IMG/VR virus record: IMGVR_UViG_3300043039_000024
Location: 1 to 48,543 of that record
Origin: a virus
Taxonomy: Duplodnaviria; Caudoviricetes
Strand: one strand, 5' to 3'
DNA length: 48,543 nucleotides
A program made the translations under genes and the position numbers. Below are positions 34,764 through 45,024 of the stretch, one piece after another. The notes below the pieces were generated by a model. That model was not told where the DNA came from. It was given only the letters and a program-made list of their open reading frames with translations, and did not search any database. Each line of letters opens with the position of its first letter. Position 1 is the stretch's first letter.

Positions 34764-34920
34764 TGCGCACCTTTACATTTTCAATCTGGTTTTCCATCCC
34801 ATCTACACGAGCCGATTTCTTTCCCGTGCGATACACTCCGAAAAGAACTGCAACCACACTAAGGGCGATACCGAAATACGCGCCCACGCGGCTGAAAATT
34901 AGTGATAAAATGGCTGGCAT
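34687..34920 (-). CDS. i-spanin (Rz-like)
   Basis: N-terminal TM followed by a charged helix; follows the endolysin. Confidence 0.7.
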   Translation of the reverse strand: MPAILSLIFSRVGAYFGIALSVVAVLFGVYRTGKKSARVDGMENQIENVKVRNEVQDDIMRSDPDSNRERLREWQRD

Positions 34921-35594
34921 TAATTGCGGCCTTTTTTGCGGTCGTCAAGGCGGGCATAAACGGTAATGCCAACGCCAACGAGGATTAAACCGAGGAAAAC
35001 CCATTTCGCAACATCAAGGTATGGCACGAGAGATTGTACGCTTTGTGCCGCGTCCGTAACCTGCTTGCCGACCTCGATCAGTGCCGCGCCCGCCGTTCCA
35101 GCGCCAACGACCTGCTGGCCTTTAATGGTGCGTGATTTGGCTAGTGGTTTGTCTTGATCAAGCGCATCTGACTGGGACGCTGTATCCGGCTCAATTCCTG
35201 CTAGGCGCAAACCCTCGTTGATCTTGGATAAGCTATATGGCTGTGATCCATTTTCATGCTTGATGATTGTTTCGACAAGCGGCTTGGCAATATCATAATC
35301 ATGCACATCAACAATGTCATTTGGCTTTACATCGCACTCGTTCGCGACGTGAATGATATATGCCGATGTATTGTTTTCACTAGGAGGAGCCCACCGGTTG
35401 ATTATGCCTTCAATGGTGTTAATGGCATATTTATCCTGATACGTGATAATGACGCGGGCAATGGCGCGTATTCCCCATTTTGGGTCATCGAAAATACAAA
35501 ACCGGCCATCTGAATTTGGATTAGACAGACCTTGCCATTTCGTTCCATTTTCTTCGATATTGCCGGGGTTATTATTTCGAATGCCTCTGGTCAT
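34920..35594 (-). CDS. Endolysin (lysozyme-like) with C-terminal membrane segments
   Basis: RGIRNNNPGNI, RWAPPSENNT, IIKHENG; hydrophobic C-terminus. Confidence 0.85.
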   Translation of the reverse strand: MTRGIRNNNPGNIEENGTKWQGLSNPNSDGRFCIFDDPKWGIRAIARVIITYQDKYAINTIEGIINRWAPPSENNTSAYIIHVANECDVKPNDIVDVHDYDIAKPLVETIIKHENGSQPYSLSKINEGLRLAGIEPDTASQSDALDQDKPLAKSRTIKGQQVVGAGTAGAALIEVGKQVTDAAQSVQSLVPYLDVAKWVFLGLILVGVGITVYARLDDRKKGRN

Positions 35595-35875
35595 ACACCA
35601 TCGCCTTTCTGAATTTCAACTTCCAAAGCCTTGCCTTCATGCAAAAGGCATGATGTGCCATTTCCGAATTGACGAACAATTGTAAATGTTCCCTTGTTAG
35701 AAACGTATATCACGATTAAACTGCCCATAGAAACACCAGTAATTGACGGATTTTCACCGTGCAATCGCTTTAGTGTGTCTTTTACGTCTTGCGTTTTGTA
35801 GCATGGTCCAGCATAGGCCGAACCGATAACGGAAACTGAAAGAACAAATGCCGTAATTGCTGCCTTGATGTTCAT
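35591..35875 (-). CDS. Small secreted protein
   Basis: Signal peptide ending AYA; two Cys. Confidence 0.6.
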   Translation of the reverse strand: MNIKAAITAFVLSVSVIGSAYAGPCYKTQDVKDTLKRLHGENPSITGVSMGSLIVIYVSNKGTFTIVRQFGNGTSCLLHEGKALEVEIQKGDGV

Positions 35876-36090
35876 TGTTTTATTCCTTTTTCAATGTATT
35901 TTTTAACGCCACCATGACCCGAACAAATGCCAGATCCGCGTGGTGTAGCTGTAAACATACCGTCTCTGCATTGCGCTGTAACACCTATAAGCATGTTTTG
36001 CGTCCTAACGCCATCCGTCACAAGCGCAAATATCAGAAGTACGCCAAACACTATAGCTGCTAAAGTGGACGAAATGCAAACTTTGTTCAT
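35872..36090 (-). CDS. DUF3761-like membrane-anchored protein
   Basis: TAQCRDG...GICSGHGGV. Confidence 0.7.
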   Translation of the reverse strand: MNKVCISSTLAAIVFGVLLIFALVTDGVRTQNMLIGVTAQCRDGMFTATPRGSGICSGHGGVKKYIEKGIKQ

Positions 36091-36392
36091 TTTTCGATCT
36101 TCCGGTTGATGAATTTTTGCGCTACAGTCCTAATATATTCTGTGCCAGCAAAGCCAACCGCACCGGCAACGGCAAACTTCCAATCACTGCTAAGCCCCAT
36201 AGCTGATATTCCAAATCCAGCGGATAGTGTTAACATGCCGCAAATCACACTTTCTAGCAATCTTCGCAACCATGACGGTTCGTTATCATGGTAAATCGTG
36301 CGCAAAAATGACAAAGCAAATGATAGAAATGGGGCCATGATCTCCGGTGTCATCCAGTTATTAGGATCTTTCCAAGGCAATGTCACCCCCAA
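36087..36392 (-). CDS. Holin (lambda-family, 3 TM)
   Basis: LR..Y...RRLLES.ICG, GAVGFAG.EYIR; basic C-terminus. Confidence 0.85.
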   Translation of the reverse strand: MGVTLPWKDPNNWMTPEIMAPFLSFALSFLRTIYHDNEPSWLRRLLESVICGMLTLSAGFGISAMGLSSDWKFAVAGAVGFAGTEYIRTVAQKFINRKIEK

Positions 36393-36805
36393 GTCGCAAC
36401 GGCCAAATAACAGACCAGATTAAAAACCAAAGCCGTAACAAAGCCGCTACCCAATTCGGCCCATTCCGTCCACCCGCTTGCCAGCTTACCAAAATTTGGT
36501 AGCCTTGCCATATTGCGGTAGCACCAGAAGTAAATCACCCCCATGAGAGGATTTAAGAGCAAGCACCCACGCAATGACAACTTATAAATGCTACCACCAC
36601 CGGATTGATTAGGCCACCATTTAGACCATCCGGGGGCCTCACCCATCATCAATAGAGGTATTCCAGCCAGTGGCAACCAGTGGCCCAGCCATAAAGAGGC
36701 TAAGACACCGGTTGCCGTGGCCCATATCAATGCACCCAAGAATGAGCGGCCATGTCCCAATCCGCCGCCCCTAGGTATGCGATATAATATGGCGGATATA
36801 ATCAC
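36383..36805 (-). CDS. Membrane protein
   Basis: Several hydrophobic segments; ATGA coupling. Confidence 0.6.
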   Translation of the reverse strand: MIISAILYRIPRGGGLGHGRSFLGALIWATATGVLASLWLGHWLPLAGIPLLMMGEAPGWSKWWPNQSGGGSIYKLSLRGCLLLNPLMGVIYFWCYRNMARLPNFGKLASGWTEWAELGSGFVTALVFNLVCYLAVATWG

Positions 36806-37083
36806 GGCGCATAAGTCAGGACGTCTGCCGGATCTTCCGTAATGGCTGCAATGTTGGCGTTGTTTACCGCAACATCCATGCTAGCCAACGGTGCGCCAGT
36901 GAAGTCTGCTGCAATAACTTGACCGGATGGAATGGTAGGCCATAGCCAATATGGGTCACCTTCCGGGACGAGAATTTTTACAAACAATCCCTGATTTCCC
37001 GCAGGGGTGGTGCGAACCATAAGCGTGTCAACGCCATCAACTTTACCGATATTAACGATTTTCATAGCACTCTCCATTTTCAA
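36802..37083 (-). CDS. Hypothetical protein
   Basis: Tiles the operon. Confidence 0.55.
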   Translation of the reverse strand: MKMESAMKIVNIGKVDGVDTLMVRTTPAGNQGLFVKILVPEGDPYWLWPTIPSGQVIAADFTGAPLASMDVAVNNANIAAITEDPADVLTYAP

Positions 37084-37841
37084 GCAGTCCTTTTGATCTC
37101 AATATTGATCTGATCAGGATCAGTTAAGGAGCCTAACGCGTCCTCTACTCTAATAATGCAATAGGTGGTAGCCTTTTCTTCTGATGGTGCATATACCCGC
37201 ACTGTCCCCCCGTCATAGCTGTTCACGATATAATCTGTGTCAGGTTCCTCATTCGCAAAGAAAACCCAATAAATTCCCGTTGACTGCCGCCAAACAGCTA
37301 CAATTCCAGATCCCGGAAGGATGTTTTCCACAGCGCCGCCATCAACAACAATTCTAGATAGGACTGCTTGCTTTACAAGAGCAGGGGCATAATCAGAAGA
37401 TGTAGGCCACGCGATATCATCAAGCTCTCCCACCAATTCGTCGGCGGTGGAAATCGTGCGTTCTTCATTTTCCCAAAGCGCGATTTGAGCATACACATAG
37501 GTCCATACAGTATCGCGCCACGCGATGAATGCATTTGATTCTGCCCGCCAAAGCGGATTTGTACTGTTTACATATGATTGTAGTGATTCAGGACTGTCAT
37601 ACCCCCGTGCTATCGAAACCAACGCAATCTTTTGTGTGACTGCATTCGTAATGTCGCTATCTGTTACAACTACTGGAGGGCTTTCCAAGATTTCACCATC
37701 CCAAAGCATCCCGGTAAACGCCGTGTAGTTTGGAAATTCTTCTAGTTCGAATTCAGGATAATCTAACTGAACACTAGTTTTTTCTCTGTTTCTCCATACG
37801 TTAGTGACTATACCGTCTTCGATTCGCGCTACATCTGTCAT
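37080..37841 (-). CDS. Tail fibre-associated/assembly protein
   Basis: ARGYDS...Y.NS.NP.W..E...F..WRD.VW...I.WP module; follows the fibre gene. Confidence 0.6.
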   Translation of the reverse strand: MTDVARIEDGIVTNVWRNREKTSVQLDYPEFELEEFPNYTAFTGMLWDGEILESPPVVVTDSDITNAVTQKIALVSIARGYDSPESLQSYVNSTNPLWRAESNAFIAWRDTVWTYVYAQIALWENEERTISTADELVGELDDIAWPTSSDYAPALVKQAVLSRIVVDGGAVENILPGSGIVAVWRQSTGIYWVFFANEEPDTDYIVNSYDGGTVRVYAPSEEKATTYCIIRVEDALGSLTDPDQINIEIKRTA

Positions 37842-39559
37842 GATATTTTTCTCCCATAAACAGACGAATAAATTTCATAGCCTGCGGATAATCCGTCATT
37901 AAAACCAAGCCCGCCACTTGCTACCGACGTTGTGACAAAATACTGCAACTTTAATTCTGTTGCTGAGGCAAAGGTAGCTATAAAATGAGATTCTTCAAAC
38001 CAATTGGTGTTGTATGTCGCGGGGTTTCCATGCATTGCGCTTTCAGAGAGGCTACCAGAAAGATCTGTCGAGTTTGTCACGTCGTAAAACCGACCTCTGA
38101 CTCCTACAAGGCTGTTGCCAGTACAGAATCTGCACGAAATTTCGTATGTTCCAGCCTCAAGCGTAAAAGTCGAAGATGACACTGTCACATTACCACCCAC
38201 ATCGAATACCTCGGTTAGAGCTATCCCTCGGTCCGTCCAACTGCCATTAGTTGACCCTCCAGCATTTACTCCGTCTGCCAATTGCTCTTGCACCAAAAAG
38301 CGATCAGACTGTGGCGCAAGCGGTTGTCCACTCGATAGCTGATAATTCCTGATTTCACAAGTCGTAGATGTACGCATATACACATCAAATGTGTCATCCG
38401 CTGCGGTCGTGATGTTTGTGCCAGTCTGCAAAATATCAAGATCAGTTGCATCATGCGTCAGAAGAAAAGAACCATCGGCCCGACAATGATATGTCACGCC
38501 TGCAACACCATTAAATGCGGTGATCGTCGTGGTTCCGGTGATTCCGTGTTTGAGCGTTGAGCCTAGAACTGTTGTAGTCGCGCTTGTTGTAGTCGTTTCT
38601 GACTGGTTGGCAGCAACGAGATTTCCTGAGGACACCCCAGTTGCAAAGGTCTGCGCAATCAAGCCCCACCGGCTAGATTGATATTTCAAAGCTACAGACT
38701 GACCCGGCAACACGGCAAACGACTGGCTTGCTGGTAGTGAAAACCGGTTTGCAGCAGTTGACCCAGATGCATCATCGGCAAGCGTCAAGGTTTCAGACGC
38801 ATCAATATTGCGTAAAATAACGATACGACCATCAACGCCGCCCGTTAAACCGTTAAGCGTCTGATCTCCTGTCAGATCCACGTCAAGGCGATTGGATGTT
38901 GCATCAAGAGATAAATTATTTGTCGTCGCCGCCAGTGTTTCTGACTGCCCCCCGTTAAGTGCAAATGCACCATTAAAGGTATTTGATCCGGTTAACGTGT
39001 TTGTTCCACTAACTGTTACGCCACCAGCATCACCAGTGCGAGAAAACCCCGCGAAAACAGCCTCACCAATGGTGAATGATCCAGATCCAGACAGATAAGT
39101 TACATCAACCTGAACCCATCCCGTGTCATCGGTAATGGCTGTTATTTTGAATACCGCAAAAGCCCCGGAATATGAACGAAGAACGAGAGTGCCTTTGTTT
39201 GCATCGGTGCTATCGGCCCACGAATTAACATAATCCCCAACATCTTCGCCTTCGGCATCCGTCTCCGAAATCGCAATAGATGTGACACTGGAAATTGTCG
39301 CATTGTTAAGCCGCACATTACCGGCAGACGGGTCAGACATTGCGGTTGCGTCGTCAAATTCCCACTTAAGCGCCGCCGAAAAGTCAGTAATGGCCTTTAG
39401 CGCGGCTTGGACATTGTAATATGTCTTGTCCAGTCGCGTGGTAACCGTGCCGTCTGGATGGCCGGGGTTAGGCTGGTCCGCAGGATCGCTAACCACTTTT
39501 TCAAGTGTCTCTGCATTGGCGGCGGCATTTATTAAGTCTTGTTGTGATGGTAACGCCAT
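37838..39559 (-). CDS. Tail fibre / receptor-binding protein
   Basis: N-terminal anchor (LEKVV...VTTRL); T/G/S-rich mosaic body; follows the central tail gene. Confidence 0.8.
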   Translation of the reverse strand: MALPSQQDLINAAANAETLEKVVSDPADQPNPGHPDGTVTTRLDKTYYNVQAALKAITDFSAALKWEFDDATAMSDPSAGNVRLNNATISSVTSIAISETDAEGEDVGDYVNSWADSTDANKGTLVLRSYSGAFAVFKITAITDDTGWVQVDVTYLSGSGSFTIGEAVFAGFSRTGDAGGVTVSGTNTLTGSNTFNGAFALNGGQSETLAATTNNLSLDATSNRLDVDLTGDQTLNGLTGGVDGRIVILRNIDASETLTLADDASGSTAANRFSLPASQSFAVLPGQSVALKYQSSRWGLIAQTFATGVSSGNLVAANQSETTTTSATTTVLGSTLKHGITGTTTITAFNGVAGVTYHCRADGSFLLTHDATDLDILQTGTNITTAADDTFDVYMRTSTTCEIRNYQLSSGQPLAPQSDRFLVQEQLADGVNAGGSTNGSWTDRGIALTEVFDVGGNVTVSSSTFTLEAGTYEISCRFCTGNSLVGVRGRFYDVTNSTDLSGSLSESAMHGNPATYNTNWFEESHFIATFASATELKLQYFVTTSVASGGLGFNDGLSAGYEIYSSVYGRKIS

Positions 39560-42147
39560 TATAGATATTCTCCATCCAATCCAACAACATCATCGATATA
39601 ATCGCGGTCATTGGCATAAAAAGCATCGTCGTAATTCGTGGCACGGATTGTCGATGTCATGTTTCTCTGCGCGTCTTTTTCCTGAACCAAAAACGCATTT
39701 TTTGACGTCTCTGTATTTTCAACAAGCAGGAATGTCGCACGACGATAATTATCTAAATCTGTCGAAAGCGCCTGTTTCGGTGCCTGTGATAATACAGCTT
39801 CATAAGCACTTGGGAATGATACCACATCTATCGGCTCAACAGTACCATCAATATGCTGTAAAAACATAACATAATCTTTGGCTGTATCAACTTCCAATGG
39901 CTGAGATGTTGTAATTCTCAGGTTCTCGTATGATCTAACATCACCATCTTGCGTTCCTGTTCTGGTGTTATCAGCGACCAGTATTCTTTGCTGTAAAACG
40001 AGGATATCAGCCTCTTGCGTGGCGTCAAATTCAACATAGGTATTTTGTTTTATTATTTTGTTGTATGCCCTCCAAGCGTGCAAATGAGCGTGTAACTTTG
40101 ACTTAATACCGATTGTCTCAATCTTTTTTGGGTTAATTGCAGATTGATCTAGCGGCACATAATACGTTTCAATGGCCCCATCAACAGGATCAACCCATTC
40201 AAGCTCTACGCCGTCATTATCATTATTGTTACCAAATGAAACCGTTCTGGTTTCGCTGTTTGGCAGCTTATTCCGATGATTAAACAGCAAAATACTGTCT
40301 GCTGTTTCTTTTTCAAAAGACAGCTTAATCAGACTACCTTGGCGGTATGCCGTGCAAAATGCCGCGCTTGCGATGGATGATATCGTTTCTTCAAATGACA
40401 AGTTTTGCTCATCAAAAGTATACCCGAATGATACCGCCAAATCTGTGCCGAAATATTCCTCCACCTCGGCAATAGTGTCATAAATGTTGTCTAGATCCAA
40501 TTCATCAAGGCTACGATTGCCAATACGCTGGTCTGTCGATACGGCAACGATAATATCGTCAATGCGGTCTGTCGCCATCGGTGCGGTAAAGTCAGTTCCA
40601 GATATGCGCGTCGGGATTTTCCGCGTTGCGTTCATGTTCAATTTTCGTGACTTGATAGACAGCGCCCCAGCCGTTGCAATCGTCTTTGACCATACCGTTG
40701 TCACATTGCCAAAATCAGTTGCGCCGGGATCAGACAGCGCATACAAATCTCGCCATTTAACATCGTCAATCACATTACCATTAAACGATGTGTCTGTTGC
40801 TGAAACGCGCCGCGCCCTGATGCTTTGACGTCCACCATTGGCAAGCGTTGCCGTCATCGTTGACGCACGTTCAGACGTACTTGTAGACGATCCAAGCATG
40901 GTAATTTGAAATGTTTCAGGCGATCCCGTTGGCGTCCCGCTGGTATTAACCGGGGTTGCCTCCATTTCAAGGGTAACGTCAACTTTGGTTTGCGTCGTTC
41001 CGTCATCCTTATACAGGCCATTCTGAGCAACAAAATTATTAACAATCTGCTCAGCGCTCTCCACATCAACAATAAAAGGACCAACCCATTTATCCGATGT
41101 GGAAACTATCGCGCTGCTTAATCCTACCGTTTCCTGTTCATCGCTATCGCCAAGAACATCCCAATCTGCATTAACCAATACCGGGTTTGACAGCACAATT
41201 TCATTGGCCGAAACTGATAGAATTGTATATGTGCCAGCCAGATCAATTTCGGTTGGCGTCGTGTCAACGGTTACGGTATCAATCGCATTGGTAACCGTGA
41301 TCACATCTCCACTTGCGAAACGGTCGTCAAAATCATAATCGCTATCCGTATATATGACGTCCGGGTAAATAAATAAAATATCGCTAGCGCCGGTTACGTT
41401 TGCGCTGTTTGGCGGACGCAAAGTTTGACCATTCACGGAATTTGATTTGATAACGCTTTTAACGTCGCGCCCGATAGGAGATCCAACCGTCAGACTAGGG
41501 ATATCACCAGAATTAGGCGACGTGTAAGGCCCGTAGATCTCGACAGATGTTCCGGCAATTTGTGTGATTGCAGTTTTATCATCATATATTTTATCTGGGT
41601 TTATTTCATAGTCACCGCGCCCAATGCACATATATGCATATTCAATTTCTTGGTTATTTTCAAAGACGCTTAACGGGACAGAAAGCAAATCAGGTGTCGA
41701 CTGAACAGTCCCAAATATATCAGGAATACGGCTTTGCAGGCGCGGCCTGTTTTCACGATCCGAAAGTTCATTATTTGCGCTTTCATTTCGCTTGTTGCGC
41801 TGCGATACGGTCGGAACGGTTGGTATTTTTGGCTTTAAAACAGTAGCTATAACAATGGCCGCAGCGGCAACGACAAGTGTTATAACAATTGCAGCAATTG
41901 CGCTAATTCCGTGCGCATAGGTTACAACGTATAGCGTGCCTTCAAATGTATTTAATCGTTCAATTGATGCCTCGTCAGATGGCGTTACATCATTGTCTTT
42001 CGTCATTTCATTTAGGTAAATTCGCGCCGTGTCCGGGAATTTATCCCCAAACCTAGACTTGATCAATTTAAGCGCGTCATCAGTATCGAACGCTTCCCAT
42101 GTTTTTGGGTCTAAAGTATTCTCGCCGAAAATAACCTTTACCGACAT
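39559..42147 (-). CDS. Central tail / host-specificity protein (TipJ-like)
   Basis: SANNELSDRENRPR..RIPDIFG.V.S.PDL; LFNHRNK.P.SE.RT. Confidence 0.88.
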   Translation of the reverse strand: MSVKVIFGENTLDPKTWEAFDTDDALKLIKSRFGDKFPDTARIYLNEMTKDNDVTPSDEASIERLNTFEGTLYVVTYAHGISAIAAIVITLVVAAAAIVIATVLKPKIPTVPTVSQRNKRNESANNELSDRENRPRLQSRIPDIFGTVQSTPDLLSVPLSVFENNQEIEYAYMCIGRGDYEINPDKIYDDKTAITQIAGTSVEIYGPYTSPNSGDIPSLTVGSPIGRDVKSVIKSNSVNGQTLRPPNSANVTGASDILFIYPDVIYTDSDYDFDDRFASGDVITVTNAIDTVTVDTTPTEIDLAGTYTILSVSANEIVLSNPVLVNADWDVLGDSDEQETVGLSSAIVSTSDKWVGPFIVDVESAEQIVNNFVAQNGLYKDDGTTQTKVDVTLEMEATPVNTSGTPTGSPETFQITMLGSSTSTSERASTMTATLANGGRQSIRARRVSATDTSFNGNVIDDVKWRDLYALSDPGATDFGNVTTVWSKTIATAGALSIKSRKLNMNATRKIPTRISGTDFTAPMATDRIDDIIVAVSTDQRIGNRSLDELDLDNIYDTIAEVEEYFGTDLAVSFGYTFDEQNLSFEETISSIASAAFCTAYRQGSLIKLSFEKETADSILLFNHRNKLPNSETRTVSFGNNNDNDGVELEWVDPVDGAIETYYVPLDQSAINPKKIETIGIKSKLHAHLHAWRAYNKIIKQNTYVEFDATQEADILVLQQRILVADNTRTGTQDGDVRSYENLRITTSQPLEVDTAKDYVMFLQHIDGTVEPIDVVSFPSAYEAVLSQAPKQALSTDLDNYRRATFLLVENTETSKNAFLVQEKDAQRNMTSTIRATNYDDAFYANDRDYIDDVVGLDGEYL

Positions 42148-42503
42148 ACGTAATACCTGACTTTAGTAAAAAACATTGTTGCAATATCAGCCGTCTCATA
42201 TCTTACACCATCCTCTGTCAGGTGCAAAATGCGGCCTTTCCAGAAAACTCCCAAATGCGGGGTTATGCCACGACGGAACATAAAAACAATGCATGGCGAT
42301 ATTGGCTTAGGTATGGTTTTCAGGAACGATCTTATTTTAGTTGGATCAACGATCTTATCCTTAACCGGTAATAGCAACCCGTCAAGCGCATGGCTTAAAT
42401 CATGGCCAACCAGATGGCTCCATGCCTCATTTGTAAAATGCGCACACTGGTAGTGATTGCGATCAAACATGCGGTCAAGAAGAGGGTCTATACTGACCAT
42501 CAC
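42138..42503 (-). CDS. NlpC/P60-like tail tip protein
   Basis: YQCAHF, HLGVF, ILHL. Confidence 0.75.
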   Translation of the reverse strand: MMVSIDPLLDRMFDRNHYQCAHFTNEAWSHLVGHDLSHALDGLLLPVKDKIVDPTKIRSFLKTIPKPISPCIVFMFRRGITPHLGVFWKGRILHLTEDGVRYETADIATMFFTKVRYYVCR

Positions 42504-43000
42504 AAAAACCCTCTCAGCATCGGAAAACGGTTTAACGTATAAATTTCACCAGTCTGATTTATATTAAGACTTGGCGCTTTTGCGGTGAATTTTGCTCCTT
42601 CACGATTAAACGCAAATTCTTTGATTTCCAATTTAACCGGACCATAAAGCGGACTTGTCAATAAATCAGATCTGTATGTCCTATATTTAACAATTGGCTT
42701 TTCGGTAAAACCATTCGCCGCACGAACCGCATCTAGTTCATTCGGAATGACCTGCCCCAAGTCACCAAATGTTACGTCAATCCCAAAGTCCAAATCTTCG
42801 CGGTCGCCCGCACCCGTTACGCGCATCGGGTAATATTCGTAAAAATGAACCGTGTCATCTTCATGCGTCACAGTCACGCCTTGCGTTGCGTTGCGCACCA
42901 CATAGTAGGTTTGCGTAAAATGGCTATGGCTGATTTCCAAAAGGTCAAGCTGGATAACGCTTGATCTCGATCCTAGGAAAAACTCGCTGTACTCGCTCAT
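42500..43000 (-). CDS. Minor tail protein (DUF1833-like)
   Basis: LEISH..F...YYVVRN; YRTYRSD; TGEIYT..RFPMLRG. Confidence 0.8.
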   Translation of the reverse strand: MSEYSEFFLGSRSSVIQLDLLEISHSHFTQTYYVVRNATQGVTVTHEDDTVHFYEYYPMRVTGAGDREDLDFGIDVTFGDLGQVIPNELDAVRAANGFTEKPIVKYRTYRSDLLTSPLYGPVKLEIKEFAFNREGAKFTAKAPSLNINQTGEIYTLNRFPMLRGFL

Positions 43001-43007
43001 AATGTCC

Positions 43008-44489
43008 TCACGGGAAATCACACAAAAGCATAAGGTCATCTACGGGCAGAGGCTCGCTGTATAAACCTGATGCCTCGGTAATTCCGTTGCCGGGCCGTGC
43101 CAAGTCACTGCGGTTTTGATCAACCCATGTCGTCAGCCCGGATGGTACAGCGCAGTCCGTGTCCGTGCCTGCGAGAATAGATTTTCCGACGCCATTTCCA
43201 AGGTCCACGTCTTTGACCGACAATACCCAATACGTGTTATTGTTTTGAATTGTTGCGGCCATGTGAACATGCTGTTCGCCAGCTATCTGCGGACCGACAA
43301 TAAAGACCTCGGTAACCCCACCAGAAATGACATAAAGCTGCAAATCGTTAGAAACCGTGCGAAACCACCATACCGCATTGTCCGTCGTGTCGTCATCTAA
43401 CGACCCGAAATACTGTGACGCCGACCCAATCCCCGGCGCGGTCCGCCCGAACCAGTACACCGAAAATCCACTGCCATCCGTCGGAAAGCCGGGGACGGTT
43501 GCCAGTGGAGTTTTTACCTCGTCGGTGTCGCGGGCTGCTGTCGTTGATCCTGTTGAGATATTACTTGTCGCAAAACTTCCTTCTTCAATCTGAAATCCAG
43601 ATACTATGATAGTGTCACCGATTGCACTCGCACTCACAGAGCCGTCGGCGTTGCAGATTTCCACTCTGATTTCAACGCTTGTTGCCGGTGCGGTAAATGT
43701 GGTGGTAAATTTATTCCATGATATATAATTCCTAACGGTTGCTGTTGTAGGTAAAGTTCCGTCGGCACTACCGGTTTCACCTGTCAGTGTGTTTACCCAT
43801 TGTCTAGACTCTGTTCCCCCGCCCCCGATAAATATCGATGCCCATTCATTCGACGGGGGCATGTTAACCGACATTGTGTAATTTTGTGCAATGACCAAAC
43901 CGGAAACGACCTGAGAGACGAAAGGGTTAAAAGTATTTGTCGCACTTACACTTACACTTGTCGATGTTGCCCTGATCGGTGTCCACGAGGATGAAACTGA
44001 TATATCGTCGGACTGTAAAATTATATTTGTCGCTTCGTCTTCGTTCCGCCACCCCAGCAAAACCCCATCATGATATTCCTGGCGCAATATGTTGCTGCCA
44101 ACGGTCTCGATAAGTCCGCGACGTGTGATTGTCGTCGCCGGACTATCGCGAACAACCGTCATTCCATCAGGTAAAAAATTAACCCCTGCGTATGGTCGAT
44201 TATATACCACCGGGCGCGGTGTTATTCTGGTGATAGCTTCATCATTGTAACCCACCGAAATCAGGTTACTTAGTGATTTTTCCGTTCTGTCATACGTGGT
44301 CCTGATTAACCCAATGCTATAATAATATTGTTCCCACGGAACTATTGTGTCGTCCTCAAAACTATCGGCAGTATTCGACAGAACCTCAAATGGTTCTGGC
44401 GGATTATCACGAGAAAATATCGTATTAGAGCGATAAATCTCTTGGCTCGTGCAATCCGCGTTCGGTGTCCATGTGAGATTATACTTCAT
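43008..44489 (-). CDS. Accessory tail/adhesion protein: FN3-like, carbohydrate-binding-like and LamG-like modules
   Basis: LTW...EIYRS...FED...YYY.I; E.EATN.IL.S; QIEEGSFATS.I.T; GAGG RBS. Confidence 0.7.
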   Translation of the reverse strand: MKYNLTWTPNADCTSQEIYRSNTIFSRDNPPEPFEVLSNTADSFEDDTIVPWEQYYYSIGLIRTTYDRTEKSLSNLISVGYNDEAITRITPRPVVYNRPYAGVNFLPDGMTVVRDSPATTITRRGLIETVGSNILRQEYHDGVLLGWRNEDEATNIILQSDDISVSSSWTPIRATSTSVSVSATNTFNPFVSQVVSGLVIAQNYTMSVNMPPSNEWASIFIGGGGTESRQWVNTLTGETGSADGTLPTTATVRNYISWNKFTTTFTAPATSVEIRVEICNADGSVSASAIGDTIIVSGFQIEEGSFATSNISTGSTTAARDTDEVKTPLATVPGFPTDGSGFSVYWFGRTAPGIGSASQYFGSLDDDTTDNAVWWFRTVSNDLQLYVISGGVTEVFIVGPQIAGEQHVHMAATIQNNNTYWVLSVKDVDLGNGVGKSILAGTDTDCAVPSGLTTWVDQNRSDLARPGNGITEASGLYSEPLPVDDLMLLCDFP

Positions 44490-45024
44490 TTAAATATTCA
44501 ACCTCGAAGTTTGATGGCGGATCAAGCGGAATTACGGGGAACCACAGATATTCTGGGAAATCAACGTTTATCAATATTTCAAGCTGATTTAGAACTGGCA
44601 ATGCCGTTTCAAGATCGCCATAGCTTTCGACCAGCATTTGAAGTGTATCCCAATATGCGGGATCATAATAGATAGGCTCGACTTCCAATTGCGCGGAAAC
44701 GATATGAACATTACCTTGAATGCTATCAAGGCTAAAAGTCCCCGGCAAGAAACGACACGTCCGCTCTACCGGGTCGGGATCATCAATCACCAGATCCATC
44801 AAGAAAACCGCTGCGCCTTCTTTGGCCGGCCCTTTGTAAAATATGACGAATTGCTGGTATTCTGTTTTACTCCGCAACACCCACTGACAGCTAACCTTAT
44901 CTGCTGGGTTAAGAATATCCTGCCGGTAAGCCCCCATGCCGCCGTCAAGCTCTGTCCCAACAACAGGGCTACCCGGTTTTGTCGTATACGATGAAAGGCT
45001 TGGCGCGAAACGTAACTTTGCCAT
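44479..45024 (-). CDS. Distal tail (Dit)-like minor tail protein
   Basis: Directly after the tape measure gene; LDGG.G.YR.D, F.MDL..D motifs. Confidence 0.75.
   Translation of the reverse strand: MAKLRFAPSLSSYTTKPGSPVVGTELDGGMGAYRQDILNPADKVSCQWVLRSKTEYQQFVIFYKGPAKEGAAVFLMDLVIDDPDPVERTCRFLPGTFSLDSIQGNVHIVSAQLEVEPIYYDPAYWDTLQMLVESYGDLETALPVLNQLEILINVDFPEYLWFPVIPLDPPSNFEVEYLNEV

Noticed and set aside
44479-44492. Programmed frameshift fusing Dit to the FN3 protein
   Set aside because: The downstream frame is +1 with a TAA immediately before its ATG, and it has its own RBS; not fully excluded
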